From the NCBI RefSeq assembly GCF_006345805.1, contig NC_042999.1:13950001-14014000 (forward strand): a DNA stretch of 64,000 nt, written 5' to 3'. The DNA comes from Octopus sinensis (Eukaryota). The position numbers and the translations under genes are program-made. This document shows positions 50,850 to 62,169 of this stretch, piece by piece. The notes under the pieces were generated by a model. That model had not been told where the DNA came from and made no database searches. It worked only from the letters and a program-made list of their open reading frames with translations. Each line of letters opens with the position of its first letter. The stretch's first letter is position 1.

Positions 50850-50850
50850 T

Positions 50851-50889
<39 letters not shown>

Positions 50890-50930
50890 CGCTACTACTA
50901 CTACTACTACTGCTCACCATCACCACCACA
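50400..50930. repeat. Low-complexity (CCT/CAC/CTG/CTA)n triplet tract
   Basis: Direct reading. Confidence 0.95.
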
Positions 50931-51143
50931 AAGATGAGAGAGTCAATATGCATCCTATACTATTTCTGTGAAAAATCCTAAATGTTAAATTTTATTTTCA
51001 ATTCACTCGAAGAAAATGTTTTATTTTACACGATGTAATGGATTTGTTCATCAATAAAAAACATGTCTGAAACAGCTGTAGGGAACATCAGTCCATCTGT
51101 GTTATTATTTACATGTGTGTGTGTGTGTGTGTATGCATACATG

Positions 51144-51481
51144 TGCAGGGTGTGATGAGTAAATTGTTGCCATTTTATATTTTAATTTTGTGCATTGTTT
51201 GTTTGTGATTTTGTTGACTACACAGTATTGTAGGGTCAGTTGGGTACTGTCTGTAACAAAAACAGCATCATGATGCAATTCACTCTGTCAGAAATTTGAA
51301 ACGACTTGCTGTACTGCTTGGCATTCACACCGGAAGCTCCAATATGAATGTTTCAGATTTACTCTTTAGTATTTCAAGATATTTTTATGTAATTTTGATA
51401 AATATATTTGTTAAAATGAGATGTCAGTGTTGTTTTCATTTTTATGTAATTTAGAAGATAGTTTATTCACCACACCCTGTA
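51144..51481. mobile_element. Tc1/mariner-type MITE, ~22-bp imperfect TIRs
   Basis: tgcagggtgtgatgagtaaatt / agtttattcaccacaccctgta. Confidence 0.7.
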
Positions 51482-51654
51482 TATGTGTGTATGACCATAT
51501 GCATGTGTGTATGTACATGTCTGTGTATGTGTGCAAGTGTGTGTGTGAGTGTGTAGACAACTGATTCTTTGGTTTATTGGTTTATCAAATATTCTTCTGA
51601 GAACAAAATTCTTTCCTGATTCTAACTGTTTTGCTCCCAGACTAATGTAATAAC

Positions 51655-52601
51655 AATTCTTTTCTACACAAGGCCCAAAATTTTAGGGGAGGGGGCCAGT
51701 CGATTAGATTGACTCCAGTATGCAACTGGTACTTAAGTTATCGACCCCAAAAAGATGAAAGGCAAAGTTAACCTCGGCGGAATTTGAACTCAGGACGTAA
51801 CGGCAGACGAAATACCTATTTCTTTACTACCCACAAGGGGCTAAACACGGAGAGGACAAACAAGGACAGACAAACGGATTAAGTCGATTATAACGACCCC
51901 AGTGCGAAACTGGTACTTATTTAATTGACCCTGAGAAGATGAAAGGCACAGTCGACCTTGGCGGAATTTGAACTCAGAACGTAAAAACAGACGAAATACC
52001 TATTTCTTTACTACCCACAAGGGGCTAAACACGGAGAGGACAAACAAGGACAGACAAATGGATTAAGTCGATTATAACGACCCCAGTGCGAAACTGGTAC
52101 TTATTTAATTGACCCTGAGAAGATGAAAGGCACAGTCGACCTTGGCGGAATTTGAACTCAGAACGTAAAAACAGACGAAATACCTATTTCTTTACTACCC
52201 ACAAGGGGCTAAACACGGAGAGGACAAACAAGGACAGACAAATGGATTAAGTCGATTATAACGACCCCAGTGCGAAACTGGTACTTATTTAATTGACCCT
52301 GAGAAGATGAAAGGCACAGTCGACCTTGGCGGAATTTGAACTCAGAACGTAAAAACAGACGAAATACCTATTTCTTTACTACCCATAAGGGGCTAAACAC
52401 GGAGAGGACAAACAAGGACAGACAAATGGATTAAGTTGATTATAACGCCCCAGTGTGTAACTGGTACTTAATTAATCAACCCCGAGAGGATGAAAGGCAG
52501 AGTCGACCTTGGCAGAATTTGAACTCAGAATGTAAAGACAGATAAAATACCACTAAGCATTTCGCCTGGTGTGCTAACGTTTCTGCCAGCTCGCCGCCTT
52601 A
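51655..52601 (-). mobile_element. SINE-B multimer: one head (52540-52601), four 184-bp bodies and one variant-tail body
   Basis: gacgaaatacc at 51806, 51990, 52174, 52358. Confidence 0.93.
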
Positions 52602-52899
52602 GTAACAATTATTGGAACAATAGCATCAAGTGTTGCTATTCTTGTTTAACCCCAGGTCAGTCCTGATCGAGCAGATCTATAACCATTGATATTACAGCTT
52701 CGATCAGCTCAGAAAATATTTTATACCAAAGTATCTTTCATCCCTTACACTTGTTTCACTCATCACACAGCGACCATGCTGGAGCACCACCTCTAAATGC
52801 TTCCTTCCTTTTGTTTTTTTATTCATTTAAAATAATTGCCTTCTATTTCTAGCTGATCAAATCAAGTGTCCATGCAGAGGCTCCTATGTTGATAAGGTT

Positions 52900-53660
52900 A
52901 GTACTGCTCCTGCTGCCACTGCTGCTACTCTGTAGCTGTTGCTGTTGTTGGTGGTGGTGGTGGTGGTGATGGTTGTAGTAGTGCTAATGATGATGATCAT
53001 GATGATGATGCTGATGATGATTGTGATGATGTTGCTACTGCTGAGGGTGATGGTGGTCATGATGATGGTGATGATGATGATCATCATGACTTTTGTGCAG
53101 ATGGGGGTGGTGGTTGTGGTGGTAGTTGTGGTGATGGTTGTGGTGGTGGTTGTGGCAGTTGTGGTGGTGGTAATTGTGGTAGTGGTCATGGTTGTGGCAG
53201 TGGTCATGATTGTGGTGGTGGTGGTTGTGGTGGTTGTGAAGGTGGTAGTTGTGGCTGTAGTGATGGTTGTGGTGGTGGTGATGGTTGTGGTGGTTGTAGA
53301 GGTGGCGATGATAGTGGTTGTGGTGTGTTGGTTGTGGTGGTGGTGGATGTGGTGATGGTTGTGGTGGTGGTGATCGTGGTTGTGGCAGTGGTGTTGGTTG
53401 TGGTGTTGGTGGTTGTGGTGGTAGTTGTTATGGTCTTGGTTGTAGTGGTGATCATGGTTGTGGTGGTGGTAGTTGTGGTGGTGTTGGTTGTGGTGGTGTT
53501 GGTTGTGGTAGTGGTGGTTGTGGTGGTGGTAGTTGTGGTGGTTGTGGTGGTGATGGTTGTGGTAGTGGTGGTTGTGTTGTAGTGGTTGTAGTGATTCTGG
53601 TAGTTGTTGTGTTGGTGATAGTGGTGATGACAGTAATGATGATGATGATGATGATGATGT
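52900..53660. repeat. Low-complexity (GTG/GTT/GAT)n tract
   Basis: Direct reading. Confidence 0.95.
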
Positions 53661-54029
53661 TGTTTCCCTTTGCAGCCAAAACAGTTAAGAAAAAAAAGGG
53701 GCCTGTTTCATGTCAAAGCCTGGCTTTGTCATGGTCTGGAGCAAATATCTCAGCAGTTGAATTAGTGTTTGCAGTAAATATTTAAAACAACAGACGTTGC
53801 CGTAAACAACACGCCTTCCAGAATTATCCAAACTGCTCTGTGTAGAATCACCGAATCCAAAATTCTAACAACTACCCCTCCCCCTTTCCTCCCCATCGTT
53901 CTCTTCACAAACAACCAAAACTAAAAGCAAGATTTAAAAAAAGAAAACTAATAACAGCAATGTAAAAAACGGTAACTAAAATTAAGTTTCTTCCATCCAC
54001 AGCAGCAAAAAGAATACCTGGCTAGAGAT

Positions 54030-54493
54030 GGAATGGTGTTTGAAGTAGAGAGAAGGGGAGATGAAGGGGGAGAGAGGGAGAGGGGGAGAGAAAGAGGGAG
54101 AGAGTGCAGAAGTGGTGGAGAGGGGGAGAGAAAGATCTACAAGATGCAGAGAGATGGTGATAGATGGGGAAAAGGTGAAGAACTAGAGGAAGAGAAGGTG
54201 AGAGAGAGAGAGAGAGATGGACAGAAAGGATGGAAAGATGTAGGTAAAATGGTTGAGACAGAGGGTCCAGAGAGAGAGAGAGAGAAAGTGAGAGAGAGAG
54301 AGAGAAGGAGAAAGAAAGAGAGAGATCAACAAAATAAAGAGATATAAATGGGGAAAGGTGAATAGAGATAGAGAGAAAGAGAGAGTGATTGAGTGAAAGA
54401 GGGGAGAGAGTGAGTGAAAGAAAGATAAACAAGATACAGAGACAGAGATAGATGGGGAAAAAGTAAAAAATAGCTAGAGGGGGAGAGAGTAAG

Positions 54494-54571
<78 letters not shown>

Positions 54572-54870
54572 AAAGAGAGAGTAAGATATATATATATATA
54601 TAAAGCGGGTAAGCTGTTAATTTAAAATAACAAACGTATTGAGTGGCCAGCATGGGAAAAAAACCTGAAAGGTAATTACTATTTTTTAACTTATAATTAA
54701 GGGTATCAAAAGGTATACCACCATGCTATATCTAGCATGGTGGTATCCCTTTCAACACCCTTAATTATAATTTTATATATCAATATATATGTATATATAT
54801 ATATATATATATGGAAAGAGGAAGAGAGAGTGAGAGAGAAAGAGAGAGAGAGAGAAAGAGAGAGAGAGAA

Positions 54871-54924
<54 letters not shown>

Positions 54925-55068
54925 TGTGTAGAAAAACAAAATGAAGGAAAAGAAAGATAAAGAAAAATACAGGGAGATAGAGTAGAGACAGAGATGGAGA
55001 TGGTGGGGGTAAAGAAATAGAGAAAGGAAGAGAGATAGAATGAAATGATGATGATGAGAGAGGTTGAA

Positions 55069-55115
<47 letters not shown>

Positions 55116-55330
55116 CAGAAAGAGAGAGAGAGAGAGAGTGATAGAAAAGAGAGAGAGAAGAAAGGGAGAGAGAAAGAGAGAGATGTTTCAAGAGATGGAA
55201 AATGTATGTGAGGAGGTGATGGAGAGGAAGGTGATGAGGATGGAGGTGTTGAAGGAAACACAGAATGAAAGAATGAAAGAGAGGAAGAAGGTAAAGATGG
55301 GAGAGAATAAAAAGGGGGAAAGAGAGAAAG
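54030..55330. repeat. Purine-rich (GA)n/(GATA)n tract interrupted by (TA)n and a fold-back
   Basis: Direct reading. Confidence 0.9.
54605..54770. mobile_element. Terminal-repeat fragment ending in a 38-bp-arm hairpin (54691-54770, loop tatc)
   Basis: 34/38 arm identity; left part homologous to 48271-48385. Confidence 0.8.
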
Positions 55331-55539
55331 TTTAAATTATTTAGTGTTGTGTTCACGATATTTCCTTTCTGGTTGTCAAACTGATGCTGTTCTCCAAAAA
55401 ACAGGAATTGATAAACTATATACCTCAGGTGGAATTAATAGTAGGGCCATTATGATCACCTAAACATCCTCAAAGGCACTGCTTCAGCATTTAATTATTA
55501 ATTAGTTAATTAATTGATTGATTAATTAATTAGTTAATT

Positions 55540-56707
55540 AATAATCCTTTCTCCTGGAAGTACAAGGACTCAAATTTGGGAGGAGGGGACGAGACGATTA
55601 CATCAACCCCCAGCACTCAACTGGTACTTAGTTTATCGACCCCGAAAGGACGAAAGGCAAAGTCGACTTCAGCAGAATTTGAACTCAGAACATAGCAGAA
55701 GACAAAATACTACTAAGCATTGCACCTGGCATGTTAACAATTCTGCCAGCTCGTCACCTTAATTAGTTAATTAATAATAAGGTTAGAAAGTTGATTACAT
55801 TGACCTCAGTGCTCAAATGGTTTTTATTCTACTGACCTCGAAAGGATGAAAGGCAAAGTTGACCTTGGTGGAATTTGAACTCAGAACATAGGCAGATAAA
55901 AGATTAAGGTGGCAAGCTTCTACCAGCTTGCCACCTTAATAATCCTTTCCACTATAGGAACAAAGCCGGAAATTTTGGGGGATGGGCCTAGTTGATTAGA
56001 TTGACCCCAGTATTCAACTGGTACTTATTTCATTGACATACCCTTCCCCCAAAGGATGAAAGACAAAGTCATCCTTGGTGAAATTTGAACTCAGAATCTC
56101 AAGTTGGAAGAAATGTCTCAAAGCATCTTGTCTAGTGTGTGAATGATTCTGTCAGTCTGTTGCCTTGACGATGATGACAGCAATCATAACAACAACAACA
56201 ACAACAACAACAATGGCAACAATAATAATAATAATCCTTTCTATTAAAGACACAAAGGTCTGAAATCCTGGGAGAGGGTACTAGTTGATTACATTGACCC
56301 CAGAGCTCGACTGGTATGTATTTTATTGACACTGAAGGGATGAAAGGTAAAGTGAACCTTGGTGGAATTTGAACTCAGAACATAAAGACGGACAAAATGC
56401 TGCTAAGCATTTTCCCGGTGTTCCAAAGATTCAGCCAATTCACTGCCTAAATAATAATAACAATGATAATAATAATAATAATAATAATAATAATCCTTTC
56501 AACTAAAGGTGCAAGGCTTGAAGTTTGGTGGTGGGAGGGGACTAGTTGAGTACATTGACCCCAGTGTTTCACTGGTACTTAGTTTATTGACCCTGAATGG
56601 ATGAAAGACAAAGCTGACCTCGGTGGAATTTGAACTCAGAACATAGCAGCAGACAAAATGTCGCTAAGCATTTTGCCTGGCATGCTAATGACTCTACCAG
56701 CTCAATT

Positions 56708-56764
<57 letters not shown>

Positions 56765-56832
56765 TAATAATAATAATAATAATAATCATAATAATAATAA
56801 TCATAATAATCATAATAATCATAATAATAATA

Positions 56833-56876
<44 letters not shown>

Positions 56877-57125
56877 TATCTGCTCATATCCTACGCAAAA
56901 TACTCTCTATGTAATCCCAAGGTTTAAAACAAACTTTTTTTTTATTTATTTTTTTAATTTTTTATTTATTTATTTTTTATTTTTATGTATTAGACATTCA
57001 CTAGTACAACACAAAAAAAAAAAAAAACCCCAAATATATGGCACAGAACTTCCAACCTGTTGTCTCTTGAGGTCTCTGGGTGAGACTTGGAGCCAACTTG
57101 TACAGACATAAAGCAAAAGTCAAAC

Positions 57126-57174
<49 letters not shown>

Positions 57175-57380
57175 TATTATTATTATTATTATTATTATCA
57201 TTATAACTATTTCTACTAGGGGCTAGTCAATTACATTGACCCCAGTGTGTAACTGGTACTTATTTAGTCGATGAAAAAAGTCGACCTCAGTGGAATTTGA
57301 ACTCAGAACATAGCGGCAGACAAAATGCTGCAAAGCATTCTGCTTTGCATGCTAATGATTCTACCAGCTCATCACCTTTT
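55540..57380 (-). mobile_element. Cluster of at least six co-oriented, separately diverged SINE-B copies separated by AAT-rich runs
   Basis: Copies at about 55545, 55790, 55945, 56230, 56495 and 57195, each with ggaatttgaactcagaa and gactggtac-like cores. Confidence 0.85.
56877..57127 (+). mobile_element. R4/Dong-like extreme 3' end between (AAT)n runs
   Basis: gctcatatcctacgcaaaatactctctatgtaa = AHILRKILSM*; UTR homologous to 60040-60235 inverted. Confidence 0.8.
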
Positions 57381-57391
57381 GAATAATAATG

Positions 57392-57450
<59 letters not shown>

Positions 57451-57451
<1 letters not shown>

Positions 57452-59545
57452 GGTGCAAAGACCAATTGCTCATAAACAGAATGATTGTAGAGAATTGCCG
57501 GAGCAAAAACAAAAACCTGAGTATGGCATGGATAGACTACAGGAAAGCGTTTGACAGTGTCCCACATAAATGGATACCCAAGGCCCTTGAGATATACAAG
57601 ATCTCTCCTGTCGTCTCAAAATTCTTACAGAATAGCATGACCATGTGGAACACACGTCTCTTTCTAAGCCATAGTAATGGGATGAGCCAGTCCAACAGCA
57701 TCAACATCAAACGAGGCATCTTTCAAGGTGACTCACTCTCTCCATTACTTTTTTGCATGGCACTGATCCCACTCTCAAACGAATCGAATAGTACCAGATA
57801 TGGGTGCAAAGTTTTTAGTAAGTCAATAAACCACCTTTTCTATATGGACGACCTAAAGTTGTTTGCCAGGAATGACCAAGAGCTAGAAGAGCTGCTAACA
57901 ACTGTTAAAGAGTTTAGCAATGATGTCGGAATGGATTTTGGCCTTGATAAGTGTGCTAAAGCAACTTTTGTAAGAGGCAAGCTCAGGCAAACAGCTTCTG
58001 TTAAATTAGATATTGACACTACCATCAAGGAACTTGACCCACAAGAAAGTTACAAATACCTAGGAATCAATGAAGGAAATGGTATACATCATGCTACTAT
58101 GAAGGGAAAAATAAGAAAGGAATACTATAGGAGGATAAGGCTTGTACTGAAGACTGAACTCAACTCCAAAAATTGCATTGAGGCCATTAACACCCTGGCA
58201 CTTCCAGTAGTCCAGTACAGTTTTAACATCATTAACTGGAACCTTATGGAACTCCAATGCTTGGACAGGAAGACAAGAAAATTACTGACATCCAAGAACA
58301 TGCACCACCCTAAGGCAGATGTAGACCGCCTGTACCTACCAAGAAGCAGCGGGGGAGAGGAATGATGAAATTAGAGCTGTGCTATAAGACCTCCACTGTA
58401 GGAATGAACAGGTACCTATCTAGTACAAAGGACTGGATGCTGTGACTTGTGTGCGAACACGAAAGCAGCAAAAAGCTGCATTCTATTGTCAAGGAAGCTT
58501 ATAAGTTCGAAAGGGAACTAGACATTAACCTTGAATCAGATGAAGAGCCGGAAACCACTGCTACCAAGCAAGCAAAGTGAATCAAGCAGACTGCAAAAAA
58601 GAACGGGCAGAATCAAATTGAGAGGCGGTGGAGCCAGAAGCCCCTGCATGGACAATATATTCTCCGAAGCCAAAATGCTGATGTAGACCAAGCAACAACC
58701 CATCAGTGGCTGAAGAGTTCAGGATTAAAAGCAGAGACTGAAGGCTTCATACTGGCAGCACAAGATCAAAACTTGTTTACCAGAAATTAACAGGCTAATG
58801 TTCCCTGAAACGGTACTGACCCTAAATGCAGATTCTGCGACACATTTGACAAAACAATAGACCGTCTCGTTTCGGGATGTCCTGTGCTGACACCAAATGG
58901 ATACAAACATCGCCACGATAGGGTAGGACAGTATATACATTGGAAGATATGTAAACACTACAAATCCTGCACTCCTGCAAATTGGTATGAACACCATCCT
59001 CAGCCAGTTGTTGAAGGTAAAAATGTCACCATCCTCTGGGATTTTCCAGTCAAAACTGACAGAACGATCAAGGCTAATCGACCAGACATAATTGTTAAAG
59101 ACAGGGAATAAAATACCTGCAGACTAATAGAGGTAAGCGTCCCCACTGATAAAAATATATCTGTAAAGGAATTTGACAGACTTAGTAAATATAAGGACCT
59201 GGAAATCGAAATACAAAAGATGTGGAATCTTGAAACAAAAACTGTTTCTGTTATTGTAGGTGCCCTAGGTATGATAAAAAAGGGATGTCAGAAACACCTA
59301 GAGAATATCCCTGGAGAACCATGTCTCAAGGAAATCCAAAAGATTGTGCTAACAAGTACTGCCCACATCCTTAGAAAAACCCTACCAATGTAACTGTTTG
59401 TGTTGTATTACATGGAGATATTTCTCTACTTCCCCTCCCCAAGCTTTCAGCTATATTTCAACAACTCTTAACCTTCACTTGCCCTAGGGTGCTGAGTGAG
59501 CCCCGGCAAGTGATTGCATCAAACATGCAGATTAAAAGTAAATGA
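57451..59545 (+). mobile_element. 5'-truncated R4/Dong-like non-LTR retrotransposon: RT, CCHC knuckle and REL endonuclease, in (AAT)n
   Basis: WIDYRKAFDSVPH, GIFQGDSLSPLLF, FYMDDLKL, FGLDKC, YKYLG (open to ~58355); CRFCDTF..TIDRLVSGC, RHD, ILWDF..NRPD, LIEV, KYKDL, IVGALG; ends about 59393; AAT runs on both sides. Confidence 0.93.
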
Positions 59546-59546
59546 C

Positions 59547-59585
<39 letters not shown>

Positions 59586-59654
59586 TATAATAATAATAAT
59601 GACAATAATAATAATAACAACAACGACAATAATAATAATAACAACAACAACAAC

Positions 59655-59704
<50 letters not shown>

Positions 59705-59710
59705 TAATAG

Positions 59711-59747
<37 letters not shown>

Positions 59748-60039
59748 TAATAATAATAATAATGAAGAAAACTTAGGCTTGCTAGCTTTAGTGGTTACAA
59801 GAGTTGGGTTTCAAGTAGGTAACAAAGTGGTCACTTAAGTAAGCAACGATACATGACCAATGTAGTGGTCCTTAAGGTTTGCTGGTGGATGATGAAGGAA
59901 GGCATAAGATAGGGATGCTGACAACCATACTGCACAATTAATCTGTTATAATTTTCTCAACCGTTTCTTTATGCTTTAAATATTGGGGGCAAAAGTTGAT
60001 AACGTTTCTATTTCAGCCTATTATTATTATTATTATTAT

Positions 60040-60542
60040 TCTATGTTTGACTTTTGCTTTACATTTGCACAAACTGGCTCCAAGTCTCACCCAGAGACCT
60101 CAAGAGACAACAAGCTGGAAGTTCATGCTGGTGTTATGCCTAGTGTGCCATATATTTTTTTTGTACTTAGTGTTGTACTAGTGAATGCCTAAAAAAAAAA
60201 CATACGAAAATTATGTTTGTTTTAAAACTTGAGAGATTACATAGAAAGTATTTTGCATAGGATATGAGCAGTTCTCATGAGCACTATCTTTTGAATTTCT
60301 GCCATTTTGGGGTTTCCTGGTATCTGAGTTAGGTAGCAATCAGCTCCCTTTGCTATCATTCCCAGGGCACCTATGACAACAGGTATTGTTTTAGTCTTCA
60401 GGTTTCAAATTTGGCTGATTTCTATTTCAAGATCTTTATATTTACTCAGTTTTTGGTAGGTCTTGACAGATACGTTTATATCGATTGGGACAGTCATATC
60501 AATGAGGAGGCATGTTCTTTGTCTGAAGTCTTTTACTATGAC

Positions 60543-60545
<3 letters not shown>
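60040..60545 (-). mobile_element. R4/Dong-like REL 3' fragment between (ATT)n runs
   Basis: IVKDFRQRTCLLIDMTVP...KLSKYKDLEIE...PVVIGALGMI...TAHILCKILSM*. Confidence 0.88.
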
Positions 60546-60589
<44 letters not shown>

Positions 60590-60820
60590 TCTTCCTTCTT
60601 TCTTCAAATTTTCTTCCGTTTCTCGCCGAGTGTTTTCTGTACACCTAGGGCAGAGAAGCTCATTGTATGCATTCCTAGATTACACACACAAATTCACAGG
60701 TAAAATATGTATTTAAAAAATTAATGAATAAATAAATTCATGAATGGATATTGTTTTCACAGCGATAATGCTCTTCTCAGTACATTAGCCGTTCCAGTTA
60801 ACTATTATTATTACTATCAC

Positions 60821-60862
<42 letters not shown>

Positions 60863-60899
60863 CATCATCATTATTATTATTACTATCACTATTATTATT

Positions 60900-61440
60900 A
60901 TGCCATCAAAGTGACACTGGGGTAAAATATACGAAGCCCAGTATACCCATCATGACTACCCGTCTGATAAGGATACACCAGGCACATGCATCACAACCAT
61001 ATGTGCGCGACATGGTGATCTCATATCAAGATAAGCAGCACATGACCTTGCAGGTGGAGCCCAGTTAGAATTTTCTTCAGATCGAGTAACCCATCCCGCT
61101 CAAAAGGTTCCTGAATAAGGGTTGTTTAAGGACGTTGAACGAAACACCCATGTTTCCAGAGGTGAATTATTCAAACCCCAAAGAATCCTTCTCAACACAT
61201 GGCTATGATGCTCCCCCACTACTTCTGCTCGTGATCAGAGATGCACATATCGTCAGCCACTAAGGGACATGCTCAACTGGTTAAGGTCAAACAACTGACA
61301 AGCAAATCTGTGGTATTGAGCAGAATATTTGCTGTAGCCCATCTTTTATACCAAGACAAAACAATGTACATGATAACACTTCCAATCAGTTAAGATCAGA
61401 AGCCATGAGAGCCACTGCCTGGTACTGCATCAGGGCATTT
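60900..61440 (-). mobile_element. Second copy of the ~560-bp AAT-embedded element
   Basis: Reverse complement of 14812-15350. Confidence 0.88.
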
Positions 61441-61469
61441 ATTATTATTATTATTATCATTATTATTAT

Positions 61470-61825
61470 TTATGATTTCTTTTCATTATAACTTTATTTC
61501 AGCTGCCTTAGTACCGGGCATCCTCCAGAGACCAAGAGTAGCAAGGGCACTCTTGCTTTGCTATGCATGTTAAAATTATCACATTTATTCCATTTTAGGG
61601 GGAGAGTGCTTTCCGTAGTATATGGGCTGTACCCATCAAGGTTATCTTTTGTAGCTCACAGAGATTGGAGTTACCAGGGAGTTGCTTAATATACTTCTCA
61701 CCTCCCTTCTTTATCATTCCCAATGGACTAATTACTACTGGTGTTATCGTAATACTAAGCTTCCACATTTTTGTGATTTCAATTTGCAGGTCTTTAAGGT
61801 GAGAAAGCTATTTGTATTCCTTTCT
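61470..61825 (-). mobile_element. R4/Dong-like REL 3' fragment, further lineage
   Basis: KDLQIEITKMWKL...PVVISPLGMIKKG...ELQKITLMGTAHILRKALSP*. Confidence 0.75.
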
Positions 61826-61844
61826 TGAGATATATTGATCATCC

Positions 61845-62165
61845 TGCTCTTCCTCCCCTTCAACCCCCCTTGGACTTTTCCAGGAATTCCTTCCTCCCCA
61901 TCATGGGAATTTTCCAGACAGTCTCCCCTCCTTGGACTTTCCCAGGAAGTTCTTCATCCCCTCAACTGCCCTGTCCTTGGAATTTTACAGGAAGTCCCTC
62001 TCCTTGGAAATTTCAAGGAAAACCCCCTCTACAGACTTTTCCAAAAAGTCCTCATCCTCTCAACTCCTCCTCCTTGGAATTTTCCAGGAAGTCCTTCTCC
62101 TTCCTCCCCCTCCTGGGACTTTTCCAGGAAATTCCCATCCTCCCCCCTCAGCCTTTTCCAGTCCG
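61845..62165. repeat. Irregular C-rich repeat of ccttgga(c/a)ttttccaggaa motifs
   Basis: About 7 motif copies with variable pyrimidine spacers. Confidence 0.8.
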
Positions 62166-62169
62166 GAAT

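Noticed and set aside
53318-53785. Gly/Cys-rich structural-protein-like ORF
   Set aside because: All three frames are open in a degenerate (GTG)n tract; no signal peptide or gene context.
57325-57450. N-terminus of the 346-aa ORF with poly-Asn
   Set aside because: Read-through from a SINE-B head and (AAT)n; the element proper starts at about 57451.
61845-62165. Palindromic repeats with variable spacers as a CRISPR array
   Set aside because: Spacers are low-complexity and of irregular length, repeats are degenerate, and the context is eukaryotic.
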